A stretch of DNA of 40,257 nt from Octopus sinensis (GCF_006345805.1 NW_021835428.1:1-40257); one strand, 5' to 3'. Numbered from the stretch's first letter, positions 25,163-37,224 are shown. Notes: generated by a model from the sequence alone, not told the origin. Translations and numbers: made by a program.

Positions 25163-25368
25163 AAACATATATATATATCATGAACTAACTGTTATTCTCT
25201 CAGATGCAGCGCCAAGTTTTGTCAGTGAGCAGGTGGCGTTGCCTAGGCGATGAAAATAGCTTGACACAAATGAAAATTTAATGTTGAAGTGAAACTGACG
25301 GTTTTTGTTTGTTCTTGAATAGCTTATAAAATATCTTCAACGCTGGCATTATATATATATATATATAT

Positions 25369-25616
25369 ATAAGCAAGGAAAAATTGTAAAAATGCAGAAT
25401 GCTAAATTGGAAGAAAATTTTAAGGAAATGAGAAATTGATAAAATATATAATATATATTAATTCAAACCGGTTTTCGTCATATATATAATATATTTTATC
25501 AATTTCTCATTTCATTAAAATCTTCTTCCAATTTAGCATTCTGCATTTTTACAATTTTTCCTTGCTTATCATTTCTCCACGTGCGGTCAACACAACCCCA
25601 CCATTTATTGATCTAT
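25369..25616. mobile_element. Foldback element with 90-bp inverted arms, left arm truncated
   Basis: 25369-25458 and 25480-25569 are reverse complements with about 3 mismatches. Confidence 0.8.
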
Positions 25617-25646
25617 CTATATATATATATATATATATATATATGT

Positions 25647-26044
25647 AGGCGCAGGAGTGGCTGTGTGGTAAGTAGCTTGCTAACCAGCCACATGGTTCCG
25701 GGTTCAGTCCCACTGCGCGGCATCTTGGGCAAGTGTCTTCTGCTATAGCCCCGGGCCAACCAATGCCTTGTGAGTGGATTTGGTAGACGGAAACTGAAAG
25801 AAGCCTGTCGTATATATGTATATATATGTATGTATGTGTGTGTATATGTTTGTGTGTCTGTGTTTGTCCCTCTAGCATTGCTTGACAACCGATGCTGGTG
25901 GTTCGGCAAAAGAGACCGATAGAATAAGTACTGGGCTTACAAAAGAATAAGTCCCGGGGTCAAGTTGCTCGATTAAAAGGCGGTGCTCCAGCATGGCCGC
26001 AGTCAAATGACTGAAACAAGTAAAAGAGTAAAAGAGAGTAAGAG
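25647..26044 (+). mobile_element. SINE family A, full length with small internal deletion
   Basis: Head to (gtaaaaga)n tail; lacks tgtttacgtccccgtaacttagcg. Confidence 0.92.
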
Positions 26045-26051
26045 TATATAT

Positions 26052-26120
26052 ATAGATCAATAAATAGTGGGGTTGTGTTGACCGCACGTGGAGAAATGAT
26101 AAGCAAGGAAAAATTGTAAA
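26052..26120. mobile_element. 69-bp outer arm of the same foldback element
   Basis: Reverse complement of 25548-25616 with 1 mismatch. Confidence 0.8.
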
Positions 26121-26151
26121 TATATATATGTATATATATGTACACATATAT

Positions 26152-26516
26152 ATATGTATGTATGTATGTATGTATGCATGCATGCATGTATGCATGCATG
26201 TATGTATGTATGTATGCATGCATGCATGCATGTATGCATGTATGTATGTATGTATGTATGTATGCATGCATGTATGTATGTATGTATGTATGCATGCATG
26301 TATGTATGTATGCATGCATGTATGTATGTATGCATGTATGTATGTATGTATGTATGTATGTATGGATGCATGTATGTATGTATGTATGCATGTATGCATG
26401 TATGTATGTATGCATGTATGTATGTATGTATGTATGTATGCATGTATGTATGTATGCATGTATGTATGTATGCATGCATGTATGCATGCATGTATGTATG
26501 TATGTATGTATGTATG

Positions 26517-26545
<29 letters not shown>
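26152..26545. repeat. (TATG/CATG)n microsatellite
   Basis: Directly visible. Confidence 0.95.
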
Positions 26546-26547
<2 letters not shown>

Positions 26548-26764
26548 TCTTTAGAGTATCGGCCAAAATATTCTGAGTTAAAATCCTGCCGAGATAATGT
26601 TTGCCTTTCCGAGATCGATAAAACAATGTTCCAGTCAAGTATATGATCGATGATGTCAGTCGCATCATAATTGCTGGCCCAAATTCCCAGCCACTTTTAG
26701 CTCGTCCTTCTCATCAAAATCGCCGTTCCCGAAGACTGCCCTGCATTGGACCGAAAATGACTTG

Positions 26765-26965
26765 ATTTCTTTGAGATTCCAAACTACGTTTCATAGATAC
26801 AAATTTCTCAGACCGCAACTTTCCAGAATATTTAGAATGTGTTGAGAGATGTTTTGCTTCGTAGTGACGACGAATTTTGTACTCTTTCATAATAGCAACA
26901 CTTTCGTTGCATGTCAGGCAACTAGCTTTCTGTTCGTTTGTTTCCACAAAGAAGTACTTTTCTCG
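26765..26965 (-). pseudogene. Inverted N-terminal zinc-finger segment of the hAT transposase
   Basis: KYFFVE..KASCLTCNESVAIMKEYKIRRHYEAKH (CxxC..HxxxxH). Confidence 0.8.
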
Positions 26966-27076
26966 ACAGAGTTGCTGTTGTGAAAGAGTACAAATATTTG
27001 TCGTCACTACGAGGTAAAATATTTCTCAACACATTCTAAATATTCTGGAAAGTTGCGGTTCAAGTAATTTGAATCT

Positions 27077-27530
27077 ATGAAACGTAGTTTGGAATCTCAA
27101 AGGAATTTCTTTACGAAAAAGTTTGTTGAAAATGAATCTATCATTCGTGTACGTTACAAAATAGGGAATAAATTGGCAGAGCGATGTAAACCATTTACTG
27201 ACGGAAACTTAATAAAAGAGTGCATGATGGAAGCAGCAAATGATTTGTGTCCTGAAAAAGCTAACGTGTTTGGTTGTATCAGCCTTTCAGCGAGTTCAGT
27301 TGTGCGGAGAATAGAAGAACCTGGAGAGAATACACTGTTACAGATACATGAGAAAGCTAAGAAATTTTTGTGGTATTCTCTTGCAATGGATGAGTCTGCT
27401 GATCTCTCTAGTACGTCACAGCTTCTTGTGTTCATTCGTGGTGTTAATTACAACTTTGAGGTTATAGAAGAAATGGCATCCGTTTGCAGTATACATGGAG
27501 CAACAACGATGGGAGAAGAAAAAACGAAAG
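27077..27530 (+). pseudogene. GTF2IRD2-like hAT transposase fragment
   Basis: KPFTDGNLIKECM..ISLSASSVVRRIEE..YSLAMDESADLSSTSQLLVFIRGV, includes the first catalytic Asp (DES). Confidence 0.88.
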
Positions 27531-27573
27531 CAATCTTAGGCCTCGGCGTCAGATATTCTCGTTTTAATTGTAA

Positions 27574-27961
27574 TCTTTATATATAAAAGTGAAGTTGTGT
27601 GAGTGTCTGTCTCCTACGATTTAGATTCCTAACTACTCCCACATTTTGCGGTGCAGTTTAACCAAAACCGGGTATCTTATAGTCGTGATTCATATCGAGC
27701 CCTTCTGGGTATTAGCGCGCGTCTACGATGAGTCTACGATTTTAAAAATAATTTACCATCATTTTTTCAATTTTAATGCATTTTTTCGCTATTATATAAG
27801 GGAAGTAACTCTCTAAAAATGTTTACGATGAGTCACCGATTTTTTAAAATATTTACCATCATTTTTTTCCCATTTTAATGCATTTTTGGCTATAACTCTC
27901 TAAAAATGCTTATATAGTTATTTCCCTTACAAACCCGAGCAACGCCGGGCGATACTGCTAG
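27574..27961 (+). mobile_element. Helitron H1, copy 4, nested in the hAT remnant
   Basis: A|TCtttatatataaaag..cccgagcaacgccgggcgatactgCTAG|T. Confidence 0.9.
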
Positions 27962-28259
27962 TCACTAATAACTGGCTAGACCGAGGTACACGTGATGTAC
28001 TATAGTTATTATAGCGCGTGAAATATATAGCGCGTGGCGTGACTGACTCAGTAGACATACGACATGCGTAATCTAAGAAGTGTAAGCAGTATAAAAGCAT
28101 GCTTGTTTGCTTTTTAAGCGGGCCGGACAAATTGACGTCGCAGGCCGGATCCGGCCCGCAAGCCGTAGTTTGGTGACTCATGCTCTAGACGACCCCCACG
28201 TGTTTGTAACAAAATACCACCATAACTAAACTTTCTTTACATTCTAAACAATGCACAGC

Positions 28260-28301
<42 letters not shown>

Positions 28302-28339
28302 GCCACGCAGGCGCACACAAACACACATACAATTTGTTA

Positions 28340-28890
28340 TGACAAACTACAACTCATACGCAGACGCCATCTTCGCATCCTCACTTCTAGCTACACAAAC
28401 ACTTAACAAGCAGTTCCCCAACTTTCCTCGGCTCAGCTACCAATTATCACAACACATCAATGGAAGAAGCAAAACCACTTTAAAAAGAAAAGACCAATAA
28501 ACCGAGTTCTATCAAGTAAGAGAATCGAGTTTTCAAGTAATTTCACTATAGCATAATCATAAATGCCGACACAACAGCAGTTAATATATTTTAACAAAAT
28601 TATTATAGACGCACCCAGAAGACGTATACCTCAAGGCGCAACATAAAAAGAGCCAATTACACGCCAGAAATAGCTGACCTCGTAGAGAAACAAACACAAC
28701 ATCAAAGGTCGTATACTAAAACCACGCACGGTCAAATTGAAACTTAGCACTGAACAACCAAACATAGAACGGAAACAAATGAATCACAGGAAAAACGAAA
28801 CAGAATTTTGGCAAACATATATTTTTAATGTAAGCCACAAAGCTAACCGTAAAACACTATATATAGTAATTAATTACTGCCGCAACAGCA
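28340..28890 (+). pseudogene. Heavily decayed LINE ORF2 endonuclease-RT linker (I/Jockey-like group, tentative)
   Basis: A-rich strand; frameshifted IIDAPRRRIPQG-NIKRANYTPEIADLVEK and FWQTYIFNVSHKANRKTLY resemble the IPxG..KW..LW linker. Confidence 0.4.
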
Positions 28891-29604
28891 ACAACAACAA
28901 CAATATTTACACTGCAGCTTGTGTCTTAATAACAACCTTATATAATGTACCCACACAACACCAAGAATTTTTCACAATTTTGAAGATATATTTTTTTTTT
29001 TTTTGGAAAATAATTCGATTTGAAGTTGTGAGTTGAAACTAAAGCAATTACAGCGGTGAGGAGACATTTTATTTATTAAAAAAACACAGAAAAGCTGTTA
29101 ATTTTACTTAATCATTTATCATTTGCTGTCGCAAATTTTCGCCAAACAGTTTTCAGTGCAGCTGTTAAAAAGCTGGGTCAGTGACCAGGACAAATGAAGA
29201 GCGACGAAAAAAAAAGTTTGACAGCCAAATAAGAAATGGTTACGAGAAGTTTTTGTGTGATTTTGAATGTCTAATGTATGTCTTCCGCACTTATTGTTTT
29301 TATCGGACATTACTCAAAAATCAGTCTCCAAGATCCAAACTCAAAGAAAAGAAATACGGACAGCGAAAGAGACATATCATCAACTCTGATCATAATTTCG
29401 ACGGCTTCCTTCCTTCAGGCGGTCAGAAAGGATTAGAGAAAGCTAGAATCTCAATAACCTCGGGGAATAACACAAAAGATATCACAAATGTACACCTAAA
29501 ACACCTAAGGCTTCAATGAAATAATAAACTCACCAACTATCCGTAGCAACACAATCAAATTTGTAAAACCTTAAGTATGTGTTCCCGTATAACAATTTTT
29601 TTAT

Positions 29605-29645
29605 GTAGTTTCAGCTCAGAGCTGCGGCCATGCTGATGCACCGCC
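29605..29645 (-). mobile_element. 40-bp 3'-terminal fragment of the CR1-group LINE or an allied SINE
   Basis: ggcggtgcatcagcatggccgcagctctgagctgaaact, similar to 20128-20169. Confidence 0.55.
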
Positions 29646-29818
29646 GTTCAATAGTAAAGAGTACCAAAACTTCAAGTAAAGCAACATTGTACAAACCTAT
29701 TACTCTTCTACGCAAACTCTCAAAACCTCTTGAAAAGCCAATCTTTGGTTTCACTCAGCGCTGTACATAGCAACACAAACATCAGTGTACAAAGCCACAC
29801 ACACACACCCTCTCTCTT

Positions 29819-29874
<56 letters not shown>

Positions 29875-30264
29875 CACACTCATACTCGCGCGTAACTCTC
29901 ACCTTATCACAGCAAACCGCATTAAACCACTACACAGTTCATATCCTACGGCAGAGAATGCATGATGCATTAACAGCGGAAACCTCCCACACATACAGTT
30001 CCAACTATATTCGACATCAGCAAACATTTCGACACATTTTTCTACTCTCTACTCATACAAAAAAAAAAAAAAGAGAGAGAGAGAGAGAGAAGGAAAAAAA
30101 AACAACATCTTAAGAAACAGCACAAAATGCTTACTTGCAAATTACCTGTTCTGCCCGCCGACCATTTGTAGCGTACATGAACAGCACTTCAAGAGCCTGT
30201 AATTTCGCAACTGGAGTGCTACAAGTATCTACCCACTCACTCAAATTTTTCAACCTATAGCTTT

Positions 30265-30842
30265 TCTGCTATAGACACAAGGTTGGAAAATTAGGTGAGG
30301 TGGGGTGGGATAGTCGATTACATCGATCCCAGTACTCAACTGATACTTGTTTTATCGACCCCGAAAGGATGAAAGGCGAAGTTACCCTCGGTGGAATTTG
30401 AACGCAGAACATTAACACGGATGAAATACCTATTTCTTTACTACCCACAAGGGGCTAAACACAGAGAGGACAAATAAGGACAGACAAAGGGATTAAGTTG
30501 ATTACATTGACCCCAGTGCGTAACTGGTACTTATTTAATCGACTCGGAAAGGATGAAAGGCAAAGTCGACCTCGAAGGAATTTGAACTCAGAACGTAGCG
30601 GCAGACAAAATACCTATTTCTTTACTACCCACAAGGGGCTAAATACAGAGAGGACAAACAAGGACAGACAAACGGATTAAGTCGATTATATCGACCCATT
30701 GTGCAACTGGTACTTATTTAATCGACCCCGAAAGGATGAAAGGCAAAGTCGACCTCGGCGGAATTTGAACTTAGAACGTAGCGGCAGACGAAATACCGCT
30801 AACCATTTCGCCCGGCGTGCTAACGATTCCGCCAGGTCACCA
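30265..30842 (-). mobile_element. Family E SINE tandem array (head plus ~184-bp units)
   Basis: aaatacc anchors at 30424, 30608 and 30791; preceded by a diverged third unit. Confidence 0.85.
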
Positions 30843-30884
30843 CCTTACACATATCAACACGACTTTCATAAACCTCGTTATCTT

Positions 30885-30960
30885 GGGTCAGTGTTTTCTA
30901 CTACAGCCCGGGCTGACCAATACCTTGTGAGTGAATCTGGTAGACAGAAATTGTGTGGAA
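30885..30960 (+). mobile_element. SINE family A internal fragment
   Basis: gtgttttctactacagcccgggctgaccaataccttgtgagtg. Confidence 0.6.
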
Positions 30961-31167
30961 GGCCGGGCAAAATGCTTAGCGTTCTTTCATTTGCCGTTAC
31001 GCTCTGAGTTCAAATTCCGCCGAGGTCGTCTTTGCCTTTCATCCTTTCGGAGTCGATAAATTAAGTACCGGTTACGCACTGGAGTCGATGTAATCGACTT
31101 AATCCGTTTGTCTGTCCTTGTTTGTCCCCTCTATGTTTAGCCTCTTGTGGGCAATAAAGAAATAAGA
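30961..31167 (+). mobile_element. SINE family E
   Basis: Core and tail ..gggcaataaagaaataag. Confidence 0.85.
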
Positions 31168-31274
31168 AACTGTGTGGAAGCGCAACGAATGTACATGTGT
31201 GTGCATGTGTGTGTGTGTGTGGTGCGTGCGTGCGTGCGTGCGTGTGTGTGTGTGTGTGTGCGTGCGTGCTTTAT

Positions 31275-31400
31275 GTTAGTCAAAGTACGTGTGTTTGTTC
31301 CCCTTCCTTACCGTTCGACGATCGTTGTTGGTTTGCTTACATCCCCGTAACTTAATAGTTCGGCAAAAGATCCCTATATAATAAACATCAACCATGAAAA
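31275..31400 (+). mobile_element. SINE family A 3' half, degraded
   Basis: gtgtttgttcccc..catccccgtaacttaatagttcggcaaaaga. Confidence 0.55.
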
Positions 31401-31544
31401 ATATATAATGGAATTGTAATTTTCGACTAAAAGAAACCTTCAAGGCGATGCTCAAGCATAACCGAAATCCTTTGACTGCAACAAAGTAAGCGGTAAAAGA
31501 TGTGAACACTAGAGTTATTTACCTTGATTTATGTAGAAGAGTAA

Positions 31545-32522
31545 TTACTTTTGTGGTCGTCGTCGGCTTTGTCTTGTATCCGAGAATTGATTTTCTTTGC
31601 TGAAAGCTTCCTTTATGGTGGTGCCATTGATGACTCTGTAGACCAAATCTTGCGTAGAAGAGTCAACGGTAATGTCCGCACGGTAATGTCGATGGAGGAC
31701 GAAATTTATTTTGTCGAACCTTTTTCTTCTGCCGTCTGATTTCTTCATTTTCTCTCCTGGTGGCTTCGAAGATTTTGGTTCCGATGGTAATGGAATACCT
31801 ATTTCTTTACTACCCACAAGGGGCTAAACACAGAGGGGACAAACAAGGACAGACAAACGGATTAAGTCGATTACATCGACCCCAGAGTGTAACTGGTACT
31901 TATTTAATTAACGCCGAAAGGATGAAAGGCAAAGTCGACCTCGGCGGAATTTGAACGTAGCGGCAGACGAAATACCTATTTCTTTATTACCCACAAGGGG
32001 CTAAACACAGAGGGGACAAACAAGGACAGACATAGGTATTAAGTCGATTACATCGACCCCAGTGTGTAACTGGTACTTAATTTATCGACCCCGAAAGGAT
32101 GAAAGGCAAAGTCGACCTCGGCGGAATTTGAACGTAGCGGCAGACGAAATACCGCTGAGCATTTCGTCCGGCGTGCTAACGTCTCTGCCATCACTTGGTA
32201 CGTTCTCGGGCTTGTGTATCAAACAATTTAGGCTCAATTACAGTGGCTTTAAGTGTTGCTTTGAGTTGGTCCATGTATCTCCGAAGAGGGCAACTCCGTG
32301 GCCTTTTTCCGGAAGTGAGTACGCTGAATAAAAATTGATGTGGGATCTTTGACTCCTCCATTTTTGCTACATGTCCTGACCATCGAAGGCGGTGTTTCAT
32401 GGTCAGCAATTCGATACTTTGACTGTAGGCTCTTCCAAGGACTTTGTTGTTGGTCACATAGTGTTCCCATTCGATGCACGAGATTGAGCGAAGCTTTTGT
32501 TTGTGAACGCGTTCTAACTTTT
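31545..32522 (-). mobile_element. RTE-clade LINE 3' end, split by a SINE dimer at 31793-32190
   Basis: KLERVHKQKLRSI..VTNNKVL..RLRWSGHVAKM..ARERTK then, after the SINE, SITIGTKIFEATRRENEEIRRQKKK..CGHYR*LFYARFGLQSH; tail gacgacgac. Confidence 0.82.
31793..32190 (-). mobile_element. Family E SINE tandem dimer (177-bp period)
   Basis: aatacc anchors at 31794, 31971 and 32148; both units lack the same 7 bp (tcagaac). Confidence 0.88.
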
Positions 32523-33106
32523 TAACGTCACGACGATTTCAGATAGTTTTTGTATACGAACATAAATTCGACTAAATTCGACGAACTGATTTTAACAAAA
32601 TAGAAACTCAAACAGATTGAATACTGAGATTTAATTGACTAAAACTGCTGAAGACAGTGCACCAGCCTGGCCGGAATCTAATGATTAAAATCACGAAAAA
32701 CGCAAAACATAAATATATTTTTAGAACTTCAATAATCACGAAATGAAACAGACACAACAAAACCAAAACACGGAGATATTTTCTTTTTAAAGATCAACAA
32801 TACCAAAAGGAAAAACAAATCCGCAAACAAGTGTTGTTTTTAAAAAAATTAAATAAATTAATACAGAAATGAAATAAATAATAAAATTATATTTTTTAAA
32901 AAAGCACAAATAAAAACAAACATTCGTGCCAACATATTTTTAGGAAAATAAATAAACATAAAATTAATGAAAACCCCCATAAAAATTATCTTTCATAAAA
33001 ATAAATCCAACTTGATAAACAAATTTATTTTTTCCGTTCAAATTTTTGTTTGTTTGCTCCATTCTTCATTTCTATTTTTAGTTAATTATTTATTTATCTA
33101 TTTATT

Positions 33107-33306
33107 GAGCTGGCAGTATCGTTAGAGCGTCGAACAAAATACTTTGCGGTACTTGTTCCAGTTCTTTACCTACGGTGTTCAAATCCCACCATTCTTCACA
33201 AGGTCGATGAAATAAAAAGCCAGTCTGAGGTTCAAGTAATCTTCTGACCTCCCTTGAAAATTGCTAAATCAGAAATAATATGTGCCAAAATCATTATTAT
33301 TATTAT

Positions 33307-33350
<44 letters not shown>

Positions 33351-33563
33351 TTGCTGTTGATGTTGTTGTTACTATTCCGCCGGACAAAATGCATAGCAGC
33401 ATTTCATCCGTCTTCACGTTCTTAGTTCAAATTCCGCCGAGGTCAACTTTGCCTTTCATCCTTTCGGGGATCGATATATTAAGTACCAGTTACGCACTGG
33501 GTTCGATGTAAATCGACTATCGCCCTCCCCCAAATTCCAGATTTTGTGCCTAGAATAAAAAGG

Positions 33564-33616
<53 letters not shown>

Positions 33617-33713
33617 CATTTGAACTGGCAGAATCTCTATATTATATAGAGATACACGCCGGACAAAATGCTTAGCGGCATTTCCGTCCGTCCGTACCTT
33701 CTGAGTTCAAATT
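33107..33713 (+). mobile_element. Three family E SINE copies or fragments interleaved with (TAG)n and (TTA)n
   Basis: Heads at 33107, about 33378 and 33622. Confidence 0.7.
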
Positions 33714-33753
33714 ACAGTCATTTACACTGTATAGACTCTTAAACCTCCTAACA

Positions 33754-33985
33754 TACACACACACACATACATACATACATACATACATACATACATACAT
33801 ACGTACATACATACATACACACATACATACATACATACATACATACATACATACATACATACATACATACATACATACATACATACACACACACATACAT
33901 ACATACATACATACATACATACACACATACACACATACATACATACATACATACATACATACATACATACATACATACATACATG
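33754..33985. repeat. (CATA)n/(CA)n microsatellite
   Basis: Directly visible. Confidence 0.95.
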
Positions 33986-34000
33986 TATACATGCTGCTGA

Positions 34001-34312
34001 GACCTCTTCAGTCATGACTGACCATGGGATTGCACCTAGAAAGTTACCCTCCCAGGTACAAGTCCGGGCACGGTTGTAGTCGTCCATGCATACCGGCCTC
34101 CCCTCTCCACGCCATCGGTGGAAAAGGGAAAGGCAATGGCCGATACAGCTTGGCACCTGTGACGTCGCAATTCACTCCTACAGCTGAGTGAACTGGAGCA
34201 ACGTGAAGAACACAACAACGTCAAGAACACGACACGCAGCCCGGTCCGGGATTCGAACTCACAACCTCACGATCGTAAACTCGACCCTCTAATCACTGAG
34301 CCATGCGACTTC
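34001..34312 (-). mobile_element. SINE family F
   Basis: Aligns with 7511-7842. Confidence 0.88.
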
Positions 34313-34315
34313 ACA

Positions 34316-35415
34316 TATATACATACATACATGCGTACATACATACATCCGTGTGTGTGTGTGTGTTTAGAGAGACAGCGATACATACGTACATACATGC
34401 TTATGTATGTGTGTGTGTATTTACTGCGAGAGAGAGATACATACAAAAATACATACGTACGTACGTACATACATACATGCATGCATACATACATGCATGC
34501 ATGCATACATACATACATGCATGCATGCATACATACATACATACATACATACATGCATGCATACATGCATGCATACATACATGCATGCGTAAGTACGTAC
34601 GTACGTACGTACATGCATGCATGCATACATACATACATACATACATACATACATACGTACGTACGTACGTACATGCATGCATGCATACATACATGCATGC
34701 ATACATACATACATACATACATACATACATACATACATACATACATACGTACGTACGTACATACATGCATGCATACATACATACATACATACATACATAC
34801 ATACATACATACATACATACATACATGCATGCATACATACATACATGCATACATACATGCATGCATACATACATACATACAAACATACATACGTACGTAC
34901 GTACGTACATGCATGCATGCATACATACATGCATACATACATACATACATACATACATACATACATCATACATACGTACATACATACATACATAATACAT
35001 ACATACATACATGCATGCATACATACATACATACATACATACAACATACATACATGCATGCATACATCATACATACTACATACATGCATGCATATACATA
35101 CATACATACATACGTACGTACGTACGTACGTACGTACATGCATGCATGCATACATGCATGCATACATACATACATACTACATACATACATACATACGTAC
35201 GTACGTACGTACATGCATGCTACATCCAACATACATACATACATACATACATACATACATAATGCATGCATCACATACATACATACATACATACATACAT
35301 ACACATAAAATACATACATACATACATACATACATACATGCATACATACATACATACATACATGCATGCATACATACATACATACAAACATACATACATA
35401 CATGCATGCATGCAC
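34316..35415. repeat. ~1.1-kb (CATA/CATG/CGTA)n tetranucleotide mosaic
   Basis: Directly visible. Confidence 0.95.
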
Positions 35416-36232
35416 GCAAATCCAGTGACCAAACAATATTGTACGAAAGCGTTGTCGTCTATATCACGTGATAGTTATTTACTCCTGTTGATAGTTAAAT
35501 CAAATATTTCTACACTCCCCGCACACTAAATGCTGTAGTTTCCGTGTACTTTCTTACATTTGTCAAACTTCTCCAATCAATAATTGTGCTCCTGCACCAC
35601 GCATTAAATTTTCTCTTCTTTTTATGCGGTACATATATATTATATTAGATTTTCTCTTCAGAATTGTTCTGACAATATAAACCGAAGGACATTAATTCTG
35701 CGGCGTTTGATGTGTTGCTCATAAAATTTTAACAGTTGGAGACTATCCGAGCGTTCTACTCGCTTCACTCATTGGAAAGCGGCCATGCTGAAGCGAGACA
35801 TTCAAGACACTTTTAATCGATCGTAACTGAGTTTAGTACATATTTCTGTTTCGTAATTATTGTTTTGATCTCTATGTAGGAAAAAGAGGCAAAATTAATG
35901 CTTTCGAATATGTGTGTGTGTATGTTTGAGAGAGAGGTAGACGTAAATATAGATATATATGTGTATGCTTACATAAATATATATACGCATACGTTACATA
36001 TATATATATATATATAATTCTATATATAATATATATGTAGTATGTTGTAGTATAATGTGTATATATATATGTATGTATTGTATGTATGTATGGTATTTCT
36101 GTATGTAGTAGATGTATGTATGTATGTATGTATTTATGTATGTATGTATTTATGGTATGTATATATATTGTATATGCATGTATATATATATATATATACT
36201 ATATATCTATATATATATCTATATATATAATA

Positions 36233-36267
<35 letters not shown>

Positions 36268-36413
36268 ATATATAGGGAAAATAGAACATGGTAGAAATGC
36301 TAAAATAATTTTATCATGAAGAACATTTTTGTACCGTTTCAGTCTTTGAACTTTTTCAACTTAAAGCAGCATGAAAAACAATTAACTTGTGGAAAAATTC
36401 AATGAAATATTTT

Positions 36414-36736
36414 TGTCGAACCGCTCAGTTATGGGGTTTATGCACACACATGCATTGATTGTCAAGCGATGGCAAGAGGGCGAACAGAGACACTTACATA
36501 TGAATACACATTCACACACGCGCGCACGCACACACACACACACACACACACTATACACACAACACACACACATATATATATATATAGTATATATATATAT
36601 ATATATATTATATTATTATTATGCCGAGGCTTCTTCAGTTTGCGTCTACCAAATCCACTCCCAAGGCTTTGGTCGTCCTGAGGCAATAGTAGAAGACACC
36701 TGCCTAATATGCCACGCAGTAGGACTGAACCCGGAA

Positions 36737-36739
<3 letters not shown>
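36414..36739 (-). mobile_element. SINE family A, head truncated at (TA)n
   Basis: Both halves recognisable; ends at cccggaacca. Confidence 0.8.
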
Positions 36740-36787
<48 letters not shown>

Positions 36788-36919
36788 ATGAATCTGTTTA
36801 TCAAATTCACATACAAGGTCAGCCTAGAGTTATACAAATAAAGGAAAAGACACAGAATCGAACACCACAATACTATATACCCAACTTCTCACCTGCCCAC
36901 TCATGACTGTGGCTATTAT

Positions 36920-37190
36920 AATACTTATTATTATTCAAACTATTACTTGCTACGTTTCTTAGCAGACATGTTTGTTGAGGTATGGAGCAACGAGTCTCCT
37001 CGAATCCCAAGAATCTTTCTTACGAGCTTACAAAATACACAGGACGGCATTTTTATGCAGGTCAGCAATTCTTTCAGCTTCTTATGCAGCAGTCTGGGTG
37101 CTGTGCTAAGCACACCAGTTACCACAGAACTAGGTGTTGTTTTAGTCTTCTACAACCTCTTTAGCTCTCTGGGTAGGTCCTAATCTTACT
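36920..37190 (-). pseudogene. R4/Dong-like (restriction-like endonuclease) LINE 3' fragment
   Basis: DLPRELKRL*KTKTT..VVTGVLSTAPRLLHKKLKEL..VRKIL resembles the DLxxELxRLW..PIVIGALG..LRKVL C-terminus; a taataataa remnant follows. Confidence 0.55.
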
Positions 37191-37224
37191 CAAGTTTCCT
37201 CAATTTCTTTGGTATTTTTTTTTT

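Larger units (their letters stand above)
26765..28182 (+). mobile_element. Rearranged hAT (Charlie/SPIN, GTF2IRD2-like) transposon remnant with right end
   Basis: Transposase fragments; right end gcgggccggac..ggccggatccggcccgcaagccgtagtttggtgactcatg followed by ctctagac, matching the nTCTAGAn Charlie target consensus. Confidence 0.8.

Noticed and set aside
26549-26556. ctttagag as left TSD of the hAT element
   Set aside because: Two mismatches to ctctagac and not followed by sequence matching the right TIR.
30424-30842. CRISPR-like or satellite array
   Set aside because: Units are whole SINE bodies with no unique spacers; no cas genes; animal DNA.
31545-31817. 90-aa ORF MGSKEIGIPLP.. as a novel small protein
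   Set aside because: It is an alternative frame over a SINE tail and the RTE C-terminus; the RTE frame explains the sequence.
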